From assembly GCA_048617235.1 (NCBI GenBank), contig JBMCHT010000004.1, forward strand, positions 46,107-110,106: 64,000 bases of DNA. The letters are read 5' to 3'. How positions within the stretch are numbered: the first letter of the stretch is position 1; the number at the start of each line of letters is the position of its first letter. The notes beneath the pieces are model-generated. The model did no database searches. It was given only the letters and a program-made list of their open reading frames with translations, and was not told the origin of the DNA. Of this stretch, positions 31,991 to 45,554 are shown one piece after another. Position numbers and translations under genes: made by a program. Origin of the DNA: Patescibacteria group bacterium. Its GTDB lineage: Bacteria > Patescibacteriota > Minisyncoccia > Phycocordibacterales > XYD1-FULL-46-19.

Positions 31991-33412
31991 TTATACTTTA
32001 TTTGTTTTATTACTGATTACCGGCAAACCACTGTAAAAAAACCAAACTACTTTAGCTGAATCGGATACTCCCAAAGCCAGTAATATGGTTCTGGTTACAA
32101 TAATGGCGGTAAACATACTCACTATTACTCCCAAACCAAAAGTTAAAGCAAAACCTTGAATCAAACTGGTTCCAAACCAAAACAAAATAATAGCCGAAAT
32201 AATACTGGATAAATTAGAATCCCGAATAGAAGTCCAAGCTCGAGTAAAACCGTTTCGAATAGCCTCGGCCAAACTCAATCCCCGATTCAATTCTTCTTTT
32301 AAACGTTCAAAAATTAAGACATTGGCATCAACCGCTATCCCCAAAGACATAATAAAACCGGCAATACCGGCTGCCGTTAAAGTTACCGGCACCAATTTAA
32401 AAATGGCTAACATTATAACCAAATAAATAGCCAAAGAAATAACTGCCACCAAACCAGGTAAGCGATACCATATCAACATAAACAAAGCCACTAAAACCAA
32501 ACCAACCAAACCGGCTATAATTCCTTGAGCTAAAACTTTTTCTCCCAAAGTCGGACCAATAGTTTGAGTAGATACTAATTCTATAGGTACCGGTAAAGCA
32601 CCTAAGTTTAAATCCCGAGCCAAATCTCTAGCCTCCTCTACTGTAAAATCACCGGTAATTTCAGCTTGTCCGGTTCTGATTACATCTTGAACCATCGGAG
32701 CCGACAATAAATCCCCGTCCAAGAAAATAGCAATAGTTCGATCCAGATTTTCTTCTGTTAGCTCAGCAAATAATTCCGTTCCTTGTTTATCAAACTCTAA
32801 AGAAACCCCCGGTTGCTGAACTGTCTGTCCATCGAAAGCAACACTGGCTCGACGCAAAAATCTCCCGGTTAAACCGGAAGAAACGTAATGAGGGTCTTCA
32901 GCCAATAAAGGATTATCAATTAATAAATCCTCTTTTGTAGCTCCGTTGGCAATTGCCTCTTCTGCTACCCGATGAGCCTCTAAAATAGCTTCTTTATCCG
33001 AACCATCCGGACGCTCAACTTTAAATTCCAATTCCGGGGTTTTATCTATTAAAGCCAAAGCCTCTTCCAAATCTGTCACTCCCGGCAATTCCACAATTAA
33101 ACGATAACCTCCCTCCTCTACTAGTCCTCCCTTTTCCACTTGAACCAAAGGTTCAGACACTCCAAAAACATTTATCCGCCTTTCTATCACCTCCCGCAAA
33201 GCCGACATTGATTCCGGCCAATCAGCTTGATTAATATCACTTAAATCCGCCTGATAAACCAAATGGCTACCGCCTTTCAAATCCAAACCCAACTGAAACG
33301 GCCTTTGCCACCAACTGTCACCATCTGTTTGCTCTGATTGATAAAGCCAATAACCGACTCCCACCGAAGCAATTATTAAAATTAAAGCCAATAATCTGTA
33401 TTTAAATATCAT
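31991..33412 (-). CDS. secD: protein translocase subunit SecD
   Basis: Periplasmic domain plus 6 transmembrane segments. Conserved FTAIIVTRT-type motifs. Confidence 0.85.
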   Translation of the reverse strand: MIFKYRLLALILIIASVGVGYWLYQSEQTDGDSWWQRPFQLGLDLKGGSHLVYQADLSDINQADWPESMSALREVIERRINVFGVSEPLVQVEKGGLVEEGGYRLIVELPGVTDLEEALALIDKTPELEFKVERPDGSDKEAILEAHRVAEEAIANGATKEDLLIDNPLLAEDPHYVSSGLTGRFLRRASVAFDGQTVQQPGVSLEFDKQGTELFAELTEENLDRTIAIFLDGDLLSAPMVQDVIRTGQAEITGDFTVEEARDLARDLNLGALPVPIELVSTQTIGPTLGEKVLAQGIIAGLVGLVLVALFMLIWYRLPGLVAVISLAIYLVIMLAIFKLVPVTLTAAGIAGFIMSLGIAVDANVLIFERLKEELNRGLSLAEAIRNGFTRAWTSIRDSNLSSIISAIILFWFGTSLIQGFALTFGLGVIVSMFTAIIVTRTILLALGVSDSAKVVWFFYSGLPVISNKTNKV

Positions 33413-33458
33413 TAAGAGCTATTATGCAGGAAAAAACCTTTAAAAGCAACAATTAAAA

Positions 33459-34253
33459 TTATTTGTCTTTATTTACCAAATCCGCCAGATTGGTAAATAA
33501 AGCCATCACCGCCACCGGCCCCACTCCACCCGGCACCGGAGTATATAATTTAGCTTTATCAAAACAAGCCGGATGCATATCCCCTTGCAATCGACCACCG
33601 GATTCACTGGTGCCGGCATCAATTAAAGTAACTCCGTCTTTTAACATCTTGGGTTTAATTAAACCGGGAATACCCACTCCGCTTATAATTATCTCCGCTT
33701 GGGGTAAAACTTCTATTAAAGAATCATTTCGACCGACGGCTATAAAATCCACTCGTTGTTGAGATAACCAATTTAATAGAGGTTGACCAACTAATCGGCC
33801 GGAACCAATAACGGCAATTTTTTTAGTCCTCCACTGCGACAAATATTTATCTAAAATCACTTGAATTGCTCTTACTACCGGAGACAAGACTAACGGTTCC
33901 GGTGATAAAGCATCCGGATCTTTCACTGCCGGAATTAAAGCTAAAATATCTGAGGTCTTAATATGCTCCGGTAATGGTAATTGAATTACAATTCCATCTA
34001 TTTTATTATCATCTACTAATTCTTTAATTTTAATTTCCAAATCCATTTGAGAAACTTCTCTTGGTAAATATATCTTTTCGGTTAAAATACCGGCTTTTTG
34101 CCCACTTTTTATTTTCATCTGTAAATATTTTTCAGTCACTAAATCCTTACCAATTGTCACTAAAGCCAATCTGGACTGTCTGTTATTTAAATCTTTTTTT
34201 ATAGACTGAGCCAATTCCTCAGCTAATTGTTTTCCGTCTACTGCAATAGTCAT
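33459..34253 (-). CDS. folD: bifunctional methylene-THF dehydrogenase/methenyl-THF cyclohydrolase
   Basis: NAD(P)-binding GRS-x-VG motif (VIGSGRLVGQP). Active-site PGGVGP motif. Confidence 0.85.
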   Translation of the reverse strand: MTIAVDGKQLAEELAQSIKKDLNNRQSRLALVTIGKDLVTEKYLQMKIKSGQKAGILTEKIYLPREVSQMDLEIKIKELVDDNKIDGIVIQLPLPEHIKTSDILALIPAVKDPDALSPEPLVLSPVVRAIQVILDKYLSQWRTKKIAVIGSGRLVGQPLLNWLSQQRVDFIAVGRNDSLIEVLPQAEIIISGVGIPGLIKPKMLKDGVTLIDAGTSESGGRLQGDMHPACFDKAKLYTPVPGGVGPVAVMALFTNLADLVNKDK

Positions 34254-34256
34254 AAA

Positions 34257-35528
34257 TTATTTTCCACTAAAAGACATTAAGGTAATTAAGGTTTTTAAAC
34301 TAATTTTAAGATCCAACCACAAACTTCTGTTTTTAACATAATACAAGTCATAAGATAATTTATCTCTGGTAGCTTCCACTTTCGGTTTAAAATGAGGATG
34401 ACCGTCGTGATAAATCTGCGCCCAACCGGACAAACCGGGAGCAATTAAATGACGGATATCATAATAAGGAATTTGACGACTGTATAAACCAACATAATCC
34501 GGTTTTTCCGGCCGAGGACCAATTAAAGACAATCTACCTTGTAAAACATTTACCAATTGTGGTAATTCATCCAAACGAGCCTGTCTTAAAAAGCGACCAA
34601 TGGTTGTTACTTGATCATTAGTCATAGACCTGAATTTGTAAAGATAAAACACTCGACCAAACCGACCGACTCGTTTATCTAAATAAAACAAAGGCTGGCC
34701 ATCAAAAATTAAAATAGCCACAGCAGTTAATAAAATAAAAGGTGCAAAAATAATCAATAACAAAGAAGCCACTATCACATCAACCACTCTTTTTAAACTA
34801 TCATAAATCGGCTTTGGCTGATTAGGCACATGTTCTAAAAACCATTTTTCAGAAATTAAATCTACCGGAATAAAACCAAGCCACTCTTCGTAAAGATCAT
34901 TAATGCCAATCACCCGTCGACCGATTTTAAATTTTTTATAAGCTCGTAATAATAATTCCCGATCATAACCATGCCAATTCAAAACTATGGTCGAATAACC
35001 ATCATCATCTTTAATTAAAGATTGAGAGGAGCAAACTTTAAATTGTAACAACTGCCGACCGGACAAAGTTTTGATTAAAGAACTAAAATCCTCCTGCCGG
35101 CCAACCAATAAAACCGACTCCCCTGGCCGATCGATAAAATAGCGGGTCATCCAATGACGCCATAACCACAAAAAAACAAAAGCTAAAACCAAAACCAAAA
35201 CCAAAACCAATTTCGGTTGGATATAAAAATAAGGTACCAAATAAAAGAAAATAGCCGCTAAGACGGTGTTAACTGTTAAAGCTCTAAATAAAACAGCTGA
35301 TAATTTTTCTTTAGTTAACCAAGTTAAAGGCCGGTATAAATCAAAAATATAAAAAACAATTAACCAAAGACCAAAAATTATTATAAAAGGCACTAAATGC
35401 TCTTTTAATAAACCTTGGTCAGGCCAATAACCAAAACGCAAATATAAAGCTCCGGCTAAAGCCAATAACAAAAAAGCGATATCACCTAAAAGTAAAACCA
35501 CAATCTCTGTTTTATTTCTTAACTTCAT
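34257..35528 (-). CDS. polyprenyl glycosylphosphotransferase (bacterial sugar transferase, WbaP/EpsL-like)
   Basis: N-terminal transmembrane segments. C-terminal sugar-transferase domain with the KFRSM motif. Confidence 0.75.
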   Translation of the reverse strand: MKLRNKTEIVVLLLGDIAFLLLALAGALYLRFGYWPDQGLLKEHLVPFIIIFGLWLIVFYIFDLYRPLTWLTKEKLSAVLFRALTVNTVLAAIFFYLVPYFYIQPKLVLVLVLVLAFVFLWLWRHWMTRYFIDRPGESVLLVGRQEDFSSLIKTLSGRQLLQFKVCSSQSLIKDDDGYSTIVLNWHGYDRELLLRAYKKFKIGRRVIGINDLYEEWLGFIPVDLISEKWFLEHVPNQPKPIYDSLKRVVDVIVASLLLIIFAPFILLTAVAILIFDGQPLFYLDKRVGRFGRVFYLYKFRSMTNDQVTTIGRFLRQARLDELPQLVNVLQGRLSLIGPRPEKPDYVGLYSRQIPYYDIRHLIAPGLSGWAQIYHDGHPHFKPKVEATRDKLSYDLYYVKNRSLWLDLKISLKTLITLMSFSGK

Positions 35529-35577
35529 ATCTGGAAATCATACAACAAAATTCAAAATTATGCTATAGTAAAACCAA

Positions 35578-36711
35578 ATGTCCAAAAGAAAAATACTTTA
35601 TCTAATAACTAAAGGAAATTGGGGCGGAGCCCAACGCTATGTTTATGATTTAGCCACATCTCTCCCTCAAGACAAATTCTCCATTACTGTGGCCGTAGGC
35701 CAAACCGGTCAATTAATTGAAAAATTAAATAAAAAAGGAATAAACACCGTCAACACCTCCTACCTTCAAAGAGATATTGGCCTCTTCCGAGAATTAAAAG
35801 CTTTTTTTAATACTTACCGTTTAATAAAAAAAGAAAAACCGGATATTATTCACTTAAACAGTTCCAAGGCCGGAGGCTTAGGTGCTGTCGCTGCTAAAAT
35901 AACCGGGATTCCTAAAATTATTTTTACCATTCACGGTTTACCCGGACAAGAACCAAGACCCAAGTGGCAAAAATTTTTAATTAATATTTTTACCTGGTTA
36001 ACCATCGTTTTTTGCCATAAAATTATTACCGTTTCCGCCAAGGAGGCTCGAATTTTAAAATCTTGGCCTTTAATTAAAAATAAAATATTTATAATTACCA
36101 ATGGCTTACCCGAAATAAACTTTAAAACCAAAGAAATAGCCAGAGAATTATTACTTAAAAAAATAAACCTAAACAAGATAGATAATAATCATCTTTGGTT
36201 AGGCACCATAGCCGAACTTCACCCCAATAAAGATTTATCCACCATAATTAAAGCTGTCGCTTTGGTTATAGATAAAAACCCCCATACTATTTTAGTTATT
36301 ATCGGCTCCGGTCAAGAGAAAAATAAATTACAAAAATTAATAAAACAATTAGCTAAACAACAAAACATCTTTCTCCTGGGATCTATTCCTGAAGCCGGAT
36401 CCTATTTAAAAGCTTTGGATATATTTTTATTAAGCTCAGTCAAAGAAGGTCTACCTTATGTCATTTTAGAAGCCGGACAAGCAGAATTGGCAACCATTGC
36501 CACTACCGTTGGCGGTATTCCCGAAATTATTACAGATAAAAACAACGGTCTTTTATTTAAACCAAAAGATATCAATCAAGCTGTTTTTTTAATAACCGAA
36601 TTATTAGCTAAACCGAACTTACGTCAAAAATTAGGACAAGAATTAAAAAAAACCATTACCACAGATTTTACTTTAAAAAAAATGGTCGACCAAACATTGG
36701 AATTATACTGA
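35578..36711 (+). CDS. glycosyltransferase family 4
   Basis: EGLPYVILEAGQA...GGIPEII C-terminal GT4 motifs. Confidence 0.7.
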   Translation: MSKRKILYLITKGNWGGAQRYVYDLATSLPQDKFSITVAVGQTGQLIEKLNKKGINTVNTSYLQRDIGLFRELKAFFNTYRLIKKEKPDIIHLNSSKAGGLGAVAAKITGIPKIIFTIHGLPGQEPRPKWQKFLINIFTWLTIVFCHKIITVSAKEARILKSWPLIKNKIFIITNGLPEINFKTKEIARELLLKKINLNKIDNNHLWLGTIAELHPNKDLSTIIKAVALVIDKNPHTILVIIGSGQEKNKLQKLIKQLAKQQNIFLLGSIPEAGSYLKALDIFLLSSVKEGLPYVILEAGQAELATIATTVGGIPEIITDKNNGLLFKPKDINQAVFLITELLAKPNLRQKLGQELKKTITTDFTLKKMVDQTLELY

Positions 36712-37842
36712 CTATTGCGGTCCTAAAAATTCATTCTTAATATCTCCTTTATAAAAAGCCAGAGAATATCTTTTCATTCCTAATAAAATACCAATACCTA
36801 AAAATTCCGCCAATAAATGACTACCCCCATAACTAACAAAAGGTAAAGGCAAACCGGTAACCGGCAAAACTCCAATATTCATTCCAATATGAATAACCAC
36901 ATTGGAAAAAATCATTATAGCCAAACCCACCCCAAATAAAATTTCAAAATTGGTAGCCCCATGAATGGCATTATCTAAAATCCGATAAATAATAAAACCA
37001 AATAAAAAAAAGAAAACTAATGAACCAATAAAACCCCACTCTTCGGCAAAAGCGGCGAAAATAAAATCGGTTTGCGGTTCCGGCAAAAAACGTAATCGCG
37101 ATTGACTACCAAAACCCAAACCTTTCCCCATAATTTGCCCGGAACCGACAGCAATTTTAGATTGATTGGCGTTATAACCGGCTCCTTGAATATCCGCCAC
37201 CGGATCTATAAAAGACAGAATTCTCTGTTTTTGGTAATCATATAAAGCTCCAAACCAAACGGCAATAAAAGCGACTACCCCTATCATAAAAACTACAAAT
37301 AAATGTTTTTTAGAAACTCCGGAGATTAGAATCAGTCCCAACCAAATTAAAAAAACAATAATCGCCGAACCTAAATCCGGTTGCTGAAAAACCAAAACAA
37401 AAGGAATAAAAGCATAAAGACCGGAAATGGCAATATGACGAAAATCAGCTATTTCTATATGTCGGCGTGAAAAATATTTAGCTAAAATAATAATCAAAGC
37501 CAATTTAACAAATTCTACCGGTTGAACTGAAAACCAAATTAAAGAAAAAGACCGACCGGAACTGTTACTATAAACAAGTAAAATTAACAACCCTATAATT
37601 GATAAAATATACAAAAAAATAACCGTTGAAGATTGTCTAAGAAAACGCCAATCAACCATGGAAGCCCCAAACATTACTCCGAAAGACAACAACAACCAAA
37701 AAACCTGCCGATTAAAATAAAAACTGACTTCAGTAAAAGAATTCATTGTTAAAAGCCCGGCCACCGCCAAAGGTATAATAGCTAAAACCAAAAGCCAATC
37801 CCCATTTAATTGAAAAAACTTTTTCTTTAAGCCGGCAATCAT
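36712..37842 (-). CDS. ftsW: FtsW/RodA/SpoVE family peptidoglycan glycosyltransferase
   Basis: 10 transmembrane segments. Conserved PEPQTDFIFA and GLPLPFVSYGGS motifs. Confidence 0.75.
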   Translation of the reverse strand: MIAGLKKKFFQLNGDWLLVLAIIPLAVAGLLTMNSFTEVSFYFNRQVFWLLLSFGVMFGASMVDWRFLRQSSTVIFLYILSIIGLLILLVYSNSSGRSFSLIWFSVQPVEFVKLALIIILAKYFSRRHIEIADFRHIAISGLYAFIPFVLVFQQPDLGSAIIVFLIWLGLILISGVSKKHLFVVFMIGVVAFIAVWFGALYDYQKQRILSFIDPVADIQGAGYNANQSKIAVGSGQIMGKGLGFGSQSRLRFLPEPQTDFIFAAFAEEWGFIGSLVFFFLFGFIIYRILDNAIHGATNFEILFGVGLAIMIFSNVVIHIGMNIGVLPVTGLPLPFVSYGGSHLLAEFLGIGILLGMKRYSLAFYKGDIKNEFLGPQ

Positions 37843-37859
37843 ATTAATTAATTTTTAAC

Positions 37860-38624
37860 TTATCTCTTCAATTCCATCCGATTGACCCGAGGGTAAAAAT
37901 TAACAAAAACCGGGTTTGATTTGATCTCTTGTGGCCAGGTGAAAACAATATTTCGATCAGACATAGCCCCAACTCCCGGTACTAAAGTGGAGCTGGCCAT
38001 ATAAACATTATTATCAGCATCAAGCAAAAGTACAACTACTTCCACCTCATAAATTTCACGTAAAGACTTATTAACTAAAGTAGCCTCTAGTCTGGTTGGA
38101 ACTCCCACTTCAAAATCTCCTTGCCTGACTCTTAAAACATCTAAAGGCTCAACATCTCGTTGCCAATCAATTTTATCATGAGCAACAAATTCAAATAAAA
38201 CTTGATCCGGTTCTATATCCAAAGAGACATTGGTTTCCATAATGATAAAATTTTCAGACGGGTTAACAAAACTTCGTCCGGTGAATTCTTGTCTTTGACC
38301 TTCGTTATCATATACCAAAAAACGGTAATCAACCTCTGGCACCATAAAATTACGATTAAGATTTTCTCCTTCGGCTACCAAATGAAAAACTCCCGGCCTG
38401 ATCTCAAAAGCTCGAGCCCAATTCACTTGCAAAGGCTTGACTTCATGAGAGCAAACTCTCTCGCATGGCCCACCGCAATCAACTCCCAACTCTCCCTGAT
38501 TTTGAATCCCGTCAAAACAATTGGGACGCGGTTTATACCACCAATAAAAAAATAAGCCGATCAGCAAAAAGAAACCGACAATCCCGGCTATATACATTAA
38601 TTGTCTTTTTCGGCGCCAAGTCAT
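37860..38624 (-). CDS. hypothetical membrane-anchored protein with Cys-rich N-terminal module
   Basis: TM helix followed by CFDGIQNQGELGVDCGGPCERVC. Confidence 0.4.
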   Translation of the reverse strand: MTWRRKRQLMYIAGIVGFFLLIGLFFYWWYKPRPNCFDGIQNQGELGVDCGGPCERVCSHEVKPLQVNWARAFEIRPGVFHLVAEGENLNRNFMVPEVDYRFLVYDNEGQRQEFTGRSFVNPSENFIIMETNVSLDIEPDQVLFEFVAHDKIDWQRDVEPLDVLRVRQGDFEVGVPTRLEATLVNKSLREIYEVEVVVLLLDADNNVYMASSTLVPGVGAMSDRNIVFTWPQEIKSNPVFVNFYPRVNRMELKR

Positions 38625-38689
38625 TTATAATTATGGTAACAAAAAACAGCCTCAGTGGCTACTAAAGACTGTTTTTTAAACCGATACTT

Positions 38690-38800
38690 GGTTCTGGCGG
38701 CTGCCTACTCTCCCCTTACGAGTACCATCGGCACTACCGGGCTTAACTTCTCTGTTCGGAATGGAAAGAGGTGTGTCCCCGGCGTCAAGCCGCCAAAACC
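38690..38800 (-). rRNA. rrf: 5S rRNA
   Basis: Reverse complement is GGTTTTGGCGGCTTGACGCCGGGGACACACC...CCGAACAGAGAAGTTAAGCCCGGTAGTGCCGATGGTACTCG...AGGCAGCCGCCAGAACC, with matching ends. A terminator hairpin follows. Confidence 0.85.
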
Positions 38801-38879
38801 AAACATCGGTTATTTTTAAAAAACTAAAAGTAATCACAAAAACAAAAAACGGTTCCAAATTTCCTAATAGGAATCGACT

Positions 38880-42240
<3,361 letters not shown>

Positions 42241-42405
42241 CCTATTAGGAAATTTATAACCGTTCTAATATTTTTGTGATTACTTTTAGTTTCTTTTAGT
42301 TTCAATGCATGATTCCACCGGCTACTCAGACGGTGAAATCACCTGCTATGTCAGACAAATAAAATTGTCTGAATTTGTCAAAGTTCAAACCCTTGCTGTC
42401 AAAAT

Positions 42406-42432
42406 AAAACCGCCTTGACTCAGGCGGTTTTT
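42406..42432 (-). terminator. rho-independent terminator between the upstream CDS and the 23S promoter region
   Basis: AAAACCGCCTTGACTCAGGCGGTTTTT has a 7-bp GC-rich stem plus a T tract. Confidence 0.55.
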
Positions 42433-42601
42433 AAAGACTAATTCAATAGCCTATTCAGACCTTGTTCTAAGGCCTTCACCTGAATCTGATTTTATTTTTA
42501 TACATATCCGACAATTGACATTATATACAAAATAGAAAAAGCGTCAAGCCAAAACGACTCAACGCTTTTCCACATTCTCTTCTGTAAAAAACCGTATCCT
42601 C

Positions 42602-43303
42602 CTAATTGTGATTACTGATATCTTTTCTCATCTTAGACAAGAAATCCGTGGCTGCTTCTTTACCTCCCAAACCGAAAGCTAATCCACCGGCCAAAGCCAA
42701 CATAGCCACTAAACCGGTAAATAAAGTTTGTGTAAAAATAGAAGCAATATTCAACTGATTCATAGCGATCAAGATAGCAAATACCCAAATAGACCACTTG
42801 GCAATACCACTGGCTACTCCGGCATAAGAGATAGAGGCAGCTTTAGCTGAAGCCAAAACCAATTTGTGAACCACATCGGCCACAAAAGCGGCCAATAACA
42901 AGATAAGTGCGGCGGCCACTACATTCGGCAAATAATTAAGTAAGTCTTTCAAGAATTCATTAATCTGATTCAAACCCAAAACTTCAAAGGCGGCAATCAA
43001 GAAAGCCAAAACAATAAACAATTTAACCAAAGCTCCGATAAAAGCACCAGAGTCTAATTTGTACCCGGAACGGCTAACCACCTCTTCCACTCCCAAACTT
43101 TTAAGAATCTCGTCCACTTTTAGCGAACGAACAATCTGAGCTACCCAATGAGCCAAAACAGCCGCCGCAATCCAACCAAAAATGAATATCAAAATTGAGA
43201 TAATCAAATTCGGAATATAAGCGATAACATCCGCCCACAAGCCCTGAAAAGAACTGGTTAAAACATTATTCCAAGTATCAAGTAATGTATTTTCATCTAA
43301 CAT
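42602..43303 (-). CDS. hypothetical multi-pass membrane protein (conserved TM-helix repeat, MscS-related?)
   Basis: Repeated AALILLLAAFVAD / LAFLIAAFEVLG helices. Confidence 0.35.
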   Translation of the reverse strand: MLDENTLLDTWNNVLTSSFQGLWADVIAYIPNLIISILIFIFGWIAAAVLAHWVAQIVRSLKVDEILKSLGVEEVVSRSGYKLDSGAFIGALVKLFIVLAFLIAAFEVLGLNQINEFLKDLLNYLPNVVAAALILLLAAFVADVVHKLVLASAKAASISYAGVASGIAKWSIWVFAILIAMNQLNIASIFTQTLFTGLVAMLALAGGLAFGLGGKEAATDFLSKMRKDISNHN

Positions 43304-43482
43304 AATATTAAACTTTTAAAGTCTAATTAATAATAACTTTTTATTTTAATATTAACTGTTTATCGACCCCGTTTTCAGAGATTATTATCCCCGATTACGG
43401 CAGTTATATTTATACTCTTTATTATAACACAAATTAAAATAAAACAAGGTAAAATTACCAACAGATAAAGTCAGATTTCAGA

Positions 43483-44055
43483 CTATAAAATAAGTTTATT
43501 GATTATCTTCTCATGAGGATAATCAAGGACATCCCGCACAAATTTATCACTGGTATTCATTCTATATTCAAAATCCCCGGTCTCTAAAATGGAATAATTT
43601 AATTCTCGCCCCAAATCGGCTTCCACCCCCTTGATAATATTATCTATAACCGGCTTTTTTAATCTATCCCCCACCACCAATAAATCCACTCGCCTGTCTT
43701 CATCTTCAATAAAAACTCCGGAAACTATCAATAAGTTTATTTTACCGCAATTACGAAAACGCCTAACAAATTCCTGTTTGCGTCTTAAAAAATCTGCTTT
43801 CAATAAAGCTCTCATCTGGCCAATCAACAGCCAATTAGGATTCAACATCCAAACTTTGCCTTTATCTTTACCGCTTTTGGTTTTTATCATGCCAATATCC
43901 GCTAAAATCTTTAACTCTTTTCGCAACTGCACCGGAGTCACTTTAGCTCGCCGTCTAATTTCATCTTTCTCAAAAATCACTTCGGGATTAAATAAAAACA
44001 ATCTGACCATTCGCACTCGTGGCCCACTCCCAAATAATTTACTTAAAATATCCAT
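43483..44055 (-). CDS. hypothetical protein with putative winged-helix N-terminal region
   Basis: 190-aa basic protein. No firm motif. Confidence 0.3.
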   Translation of the reverse strand: MDILSKLFGSGPRVRMVRLFLFNPEVIFEKDEIRRRAKVTPVQLRKELKILADIGMIKTKSGKDKGKVWMLNPNWLLIGQMRALLKADFLRRKQEFVRRFRNCGKINLLIVSGVFIEDEDRRVDLLVVGDRLKKPVIDNIIKGVEADLGRELNYSILETGDFEYRMNTSDKFVRDVLDYPHEKIINKLIL

Positions 44056-44126
44056 AATATCTTTTAAATTACTGCCAATGGAAATTATAATACCACACTA
44101 TCATTAAAAAAATAATACCGCTATTT

Positions 44127-44152
44127 TAAAAACCCCGCCGAGCGGGGTTTTT
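44127..44152 (-). terminator. rho-independent terminator after rplL
   Basis: AAAAACCCCGCCGAGCGGGGTTTTT. Confidence 0.6.
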
Positions 44153-44162
44153 AAACAATAAT

Positions 44163-44642
44163 CTATTTCAATTCTACCGTACCGCCAGCTTCTTCCACTT
44201 TCTTTTTCATCTCTTCCGCTTCCTCGGTTTTAACTCCTTCTTTCAACATAGCCGGAGCCGAATCCACCAAATCTTTAGCTTCCTTCAAACCCAAGCCCAT
44301 GATTTCCTTAACTGCCTTAATCACTTGGATTTTTTGGTCACCAATCGCAGTCAATTCCACATTAAAGGAATCCTTGGCCGCTTCCTGTCCACCGGCTTCA
44401 CCGCCACCTGTCATAACCACCGCTTGAGCCGAAACTCCGAATTTCTTTTCCAAAATTTTTACCAATTCATTTAATTCCAAAACACTCATTTCTTCCACTT
44501 GTTTAATCAAATCTTGGAATTTAGCCGGCACTTCCACCTCCTCTTCTTCGGCTACCGGAGCTTCCTCTTTTACTTCCTCAACCGGAGCCTCTGCTTTGGC
44601 TTCCGCTTGATCTTCTTTTTTTACTTGAGTATCATCAGACAT
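44163..44642 (-). CDS. rplL: 50S ribosomal protein L7/L12 with ~35-aa acidic N-terminal extension
   Basis: C-terminal domain [21 protein letters not shown]...[20 protein letters not shown]...[26 protein letters not shown]. Confidence 0.85.
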   Translation of the reverse strand: MSDDTQVKKEDQAEAKAEAPVEEVKEEAPVAEEEEVEVPAKFQDLIKQVEEMSVLELNELVKILEKKFGVSAQAVVMTGGGEAGGQEAAKDSFNVELTAIGDQKIQVIKAVKEIMGLGLKEAKDLVDSAPAMLKEGVKTEEAEEMKKKVEEAGGTVELK

Positions 44643-44669
44643 AATATTGATATAATTAAATTAATAATC

Positions 44670-45161
44670 TTAAGCTTCTTGTTTTTTGGCTATTTGATCT
44701 AAAGCCATAGCCAAACCGGATAATGGAGAATTCAAAACATTAGCCAATTGAGCATACAAAGTTTGCCGATCCGGAATCTTAGCTAAAGAAATAATTTCCT
44801 CAGCCGCTAAAAATTTCCCTTCAAAAATTCCACCTAAAATACGGAAATTATCCGGATTACTCTTATGTTGATCATAAGCGGATTTTATCGGCTCCAAGAC
44901 ATCCTCTCCATAAGCCACCGCCACCTCTCCTTCCAATTCCGGCATTTCTCCTTCTATTTTTCTACCGTCAAAAGCTCGACGAATAAGAGTCTTTTTAGCC
45001 ACCATATAACCAACTTCTTTTTGGCGAAAAGATTCTCTGGCTGAAGTGGTATCGGCAACAGATAAACCATGGAAATTAACAAACACCATGGCTTCGGCCT
45101 TGTCTATAGCCGCAGACACCTTCTCCACTATTTCTTGTTTTTTCTCTTTATTGATAGCCAT
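44670..45161 (-). CDS. rplJ: 50S ribosomal protein L10
   Basis: MAINKEKKQEIVEKV... is typical L10. Start taken at the internal ATG; the ORF-track extension is likely spurious. Confidence 0.85.
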   Translation of the reverse strand: MAINKEKKQEIVEKVSAAIDKAEAMVFVNFHGLSVADTTSARESFRQKEVGYMVAKKTLIRRAFDGRKIEGEMPELEGEVAVAYGEDVLEPIKSAYDQHKSNPDNFRILGGIFEGKFLAAEEIISLAKIPDRQTLYAQLANVLNSPLSGLAMALDQIAKKQEA

Positions 45162-45554
45162 ATAAATATTAGATAAGTATTTGTTTATTTTAATAAACAA
45201 AAAAATTACAGCTAAAAGCCGTAATAATTGAACATCGACCTCAGCAGGACTTAAATTCTTTAACGAATCGCCTACCATCTACGGCTTGCTTATAATCTAA
45301 AAGATTTTTAAGTAAAAGTCAAATCAAACCAACAAAATCCATTACTCGCCAGAAAATAAAACCCAACAGAATAACTCCCAATATTCCCATAATCACTTTT
45401 CCTCCGAGTTTAATTTTAAACTTAAACATAAAAAGATTTCTATAATCCTTGATTAAAATTTTCAATTATTACAGTTATTAATAAAACCAAGATAACCAAA
45501 ACCAAAAACCAAGTTGTCATTTTCCAAAAAAACGGTGTCAGATATTTTTTCATA

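Noticed and set aside
42241-42406. TTGACA hexamers and a CAGACAAATAAAATTGTCTG palindrome upstream of 23S, considered as the rRNA promoter
   Set aside because: No convincing -10 box at 16-18-bp spacing on the minus strand. The promoter is probably here, but I cannot place it from sequence alone.
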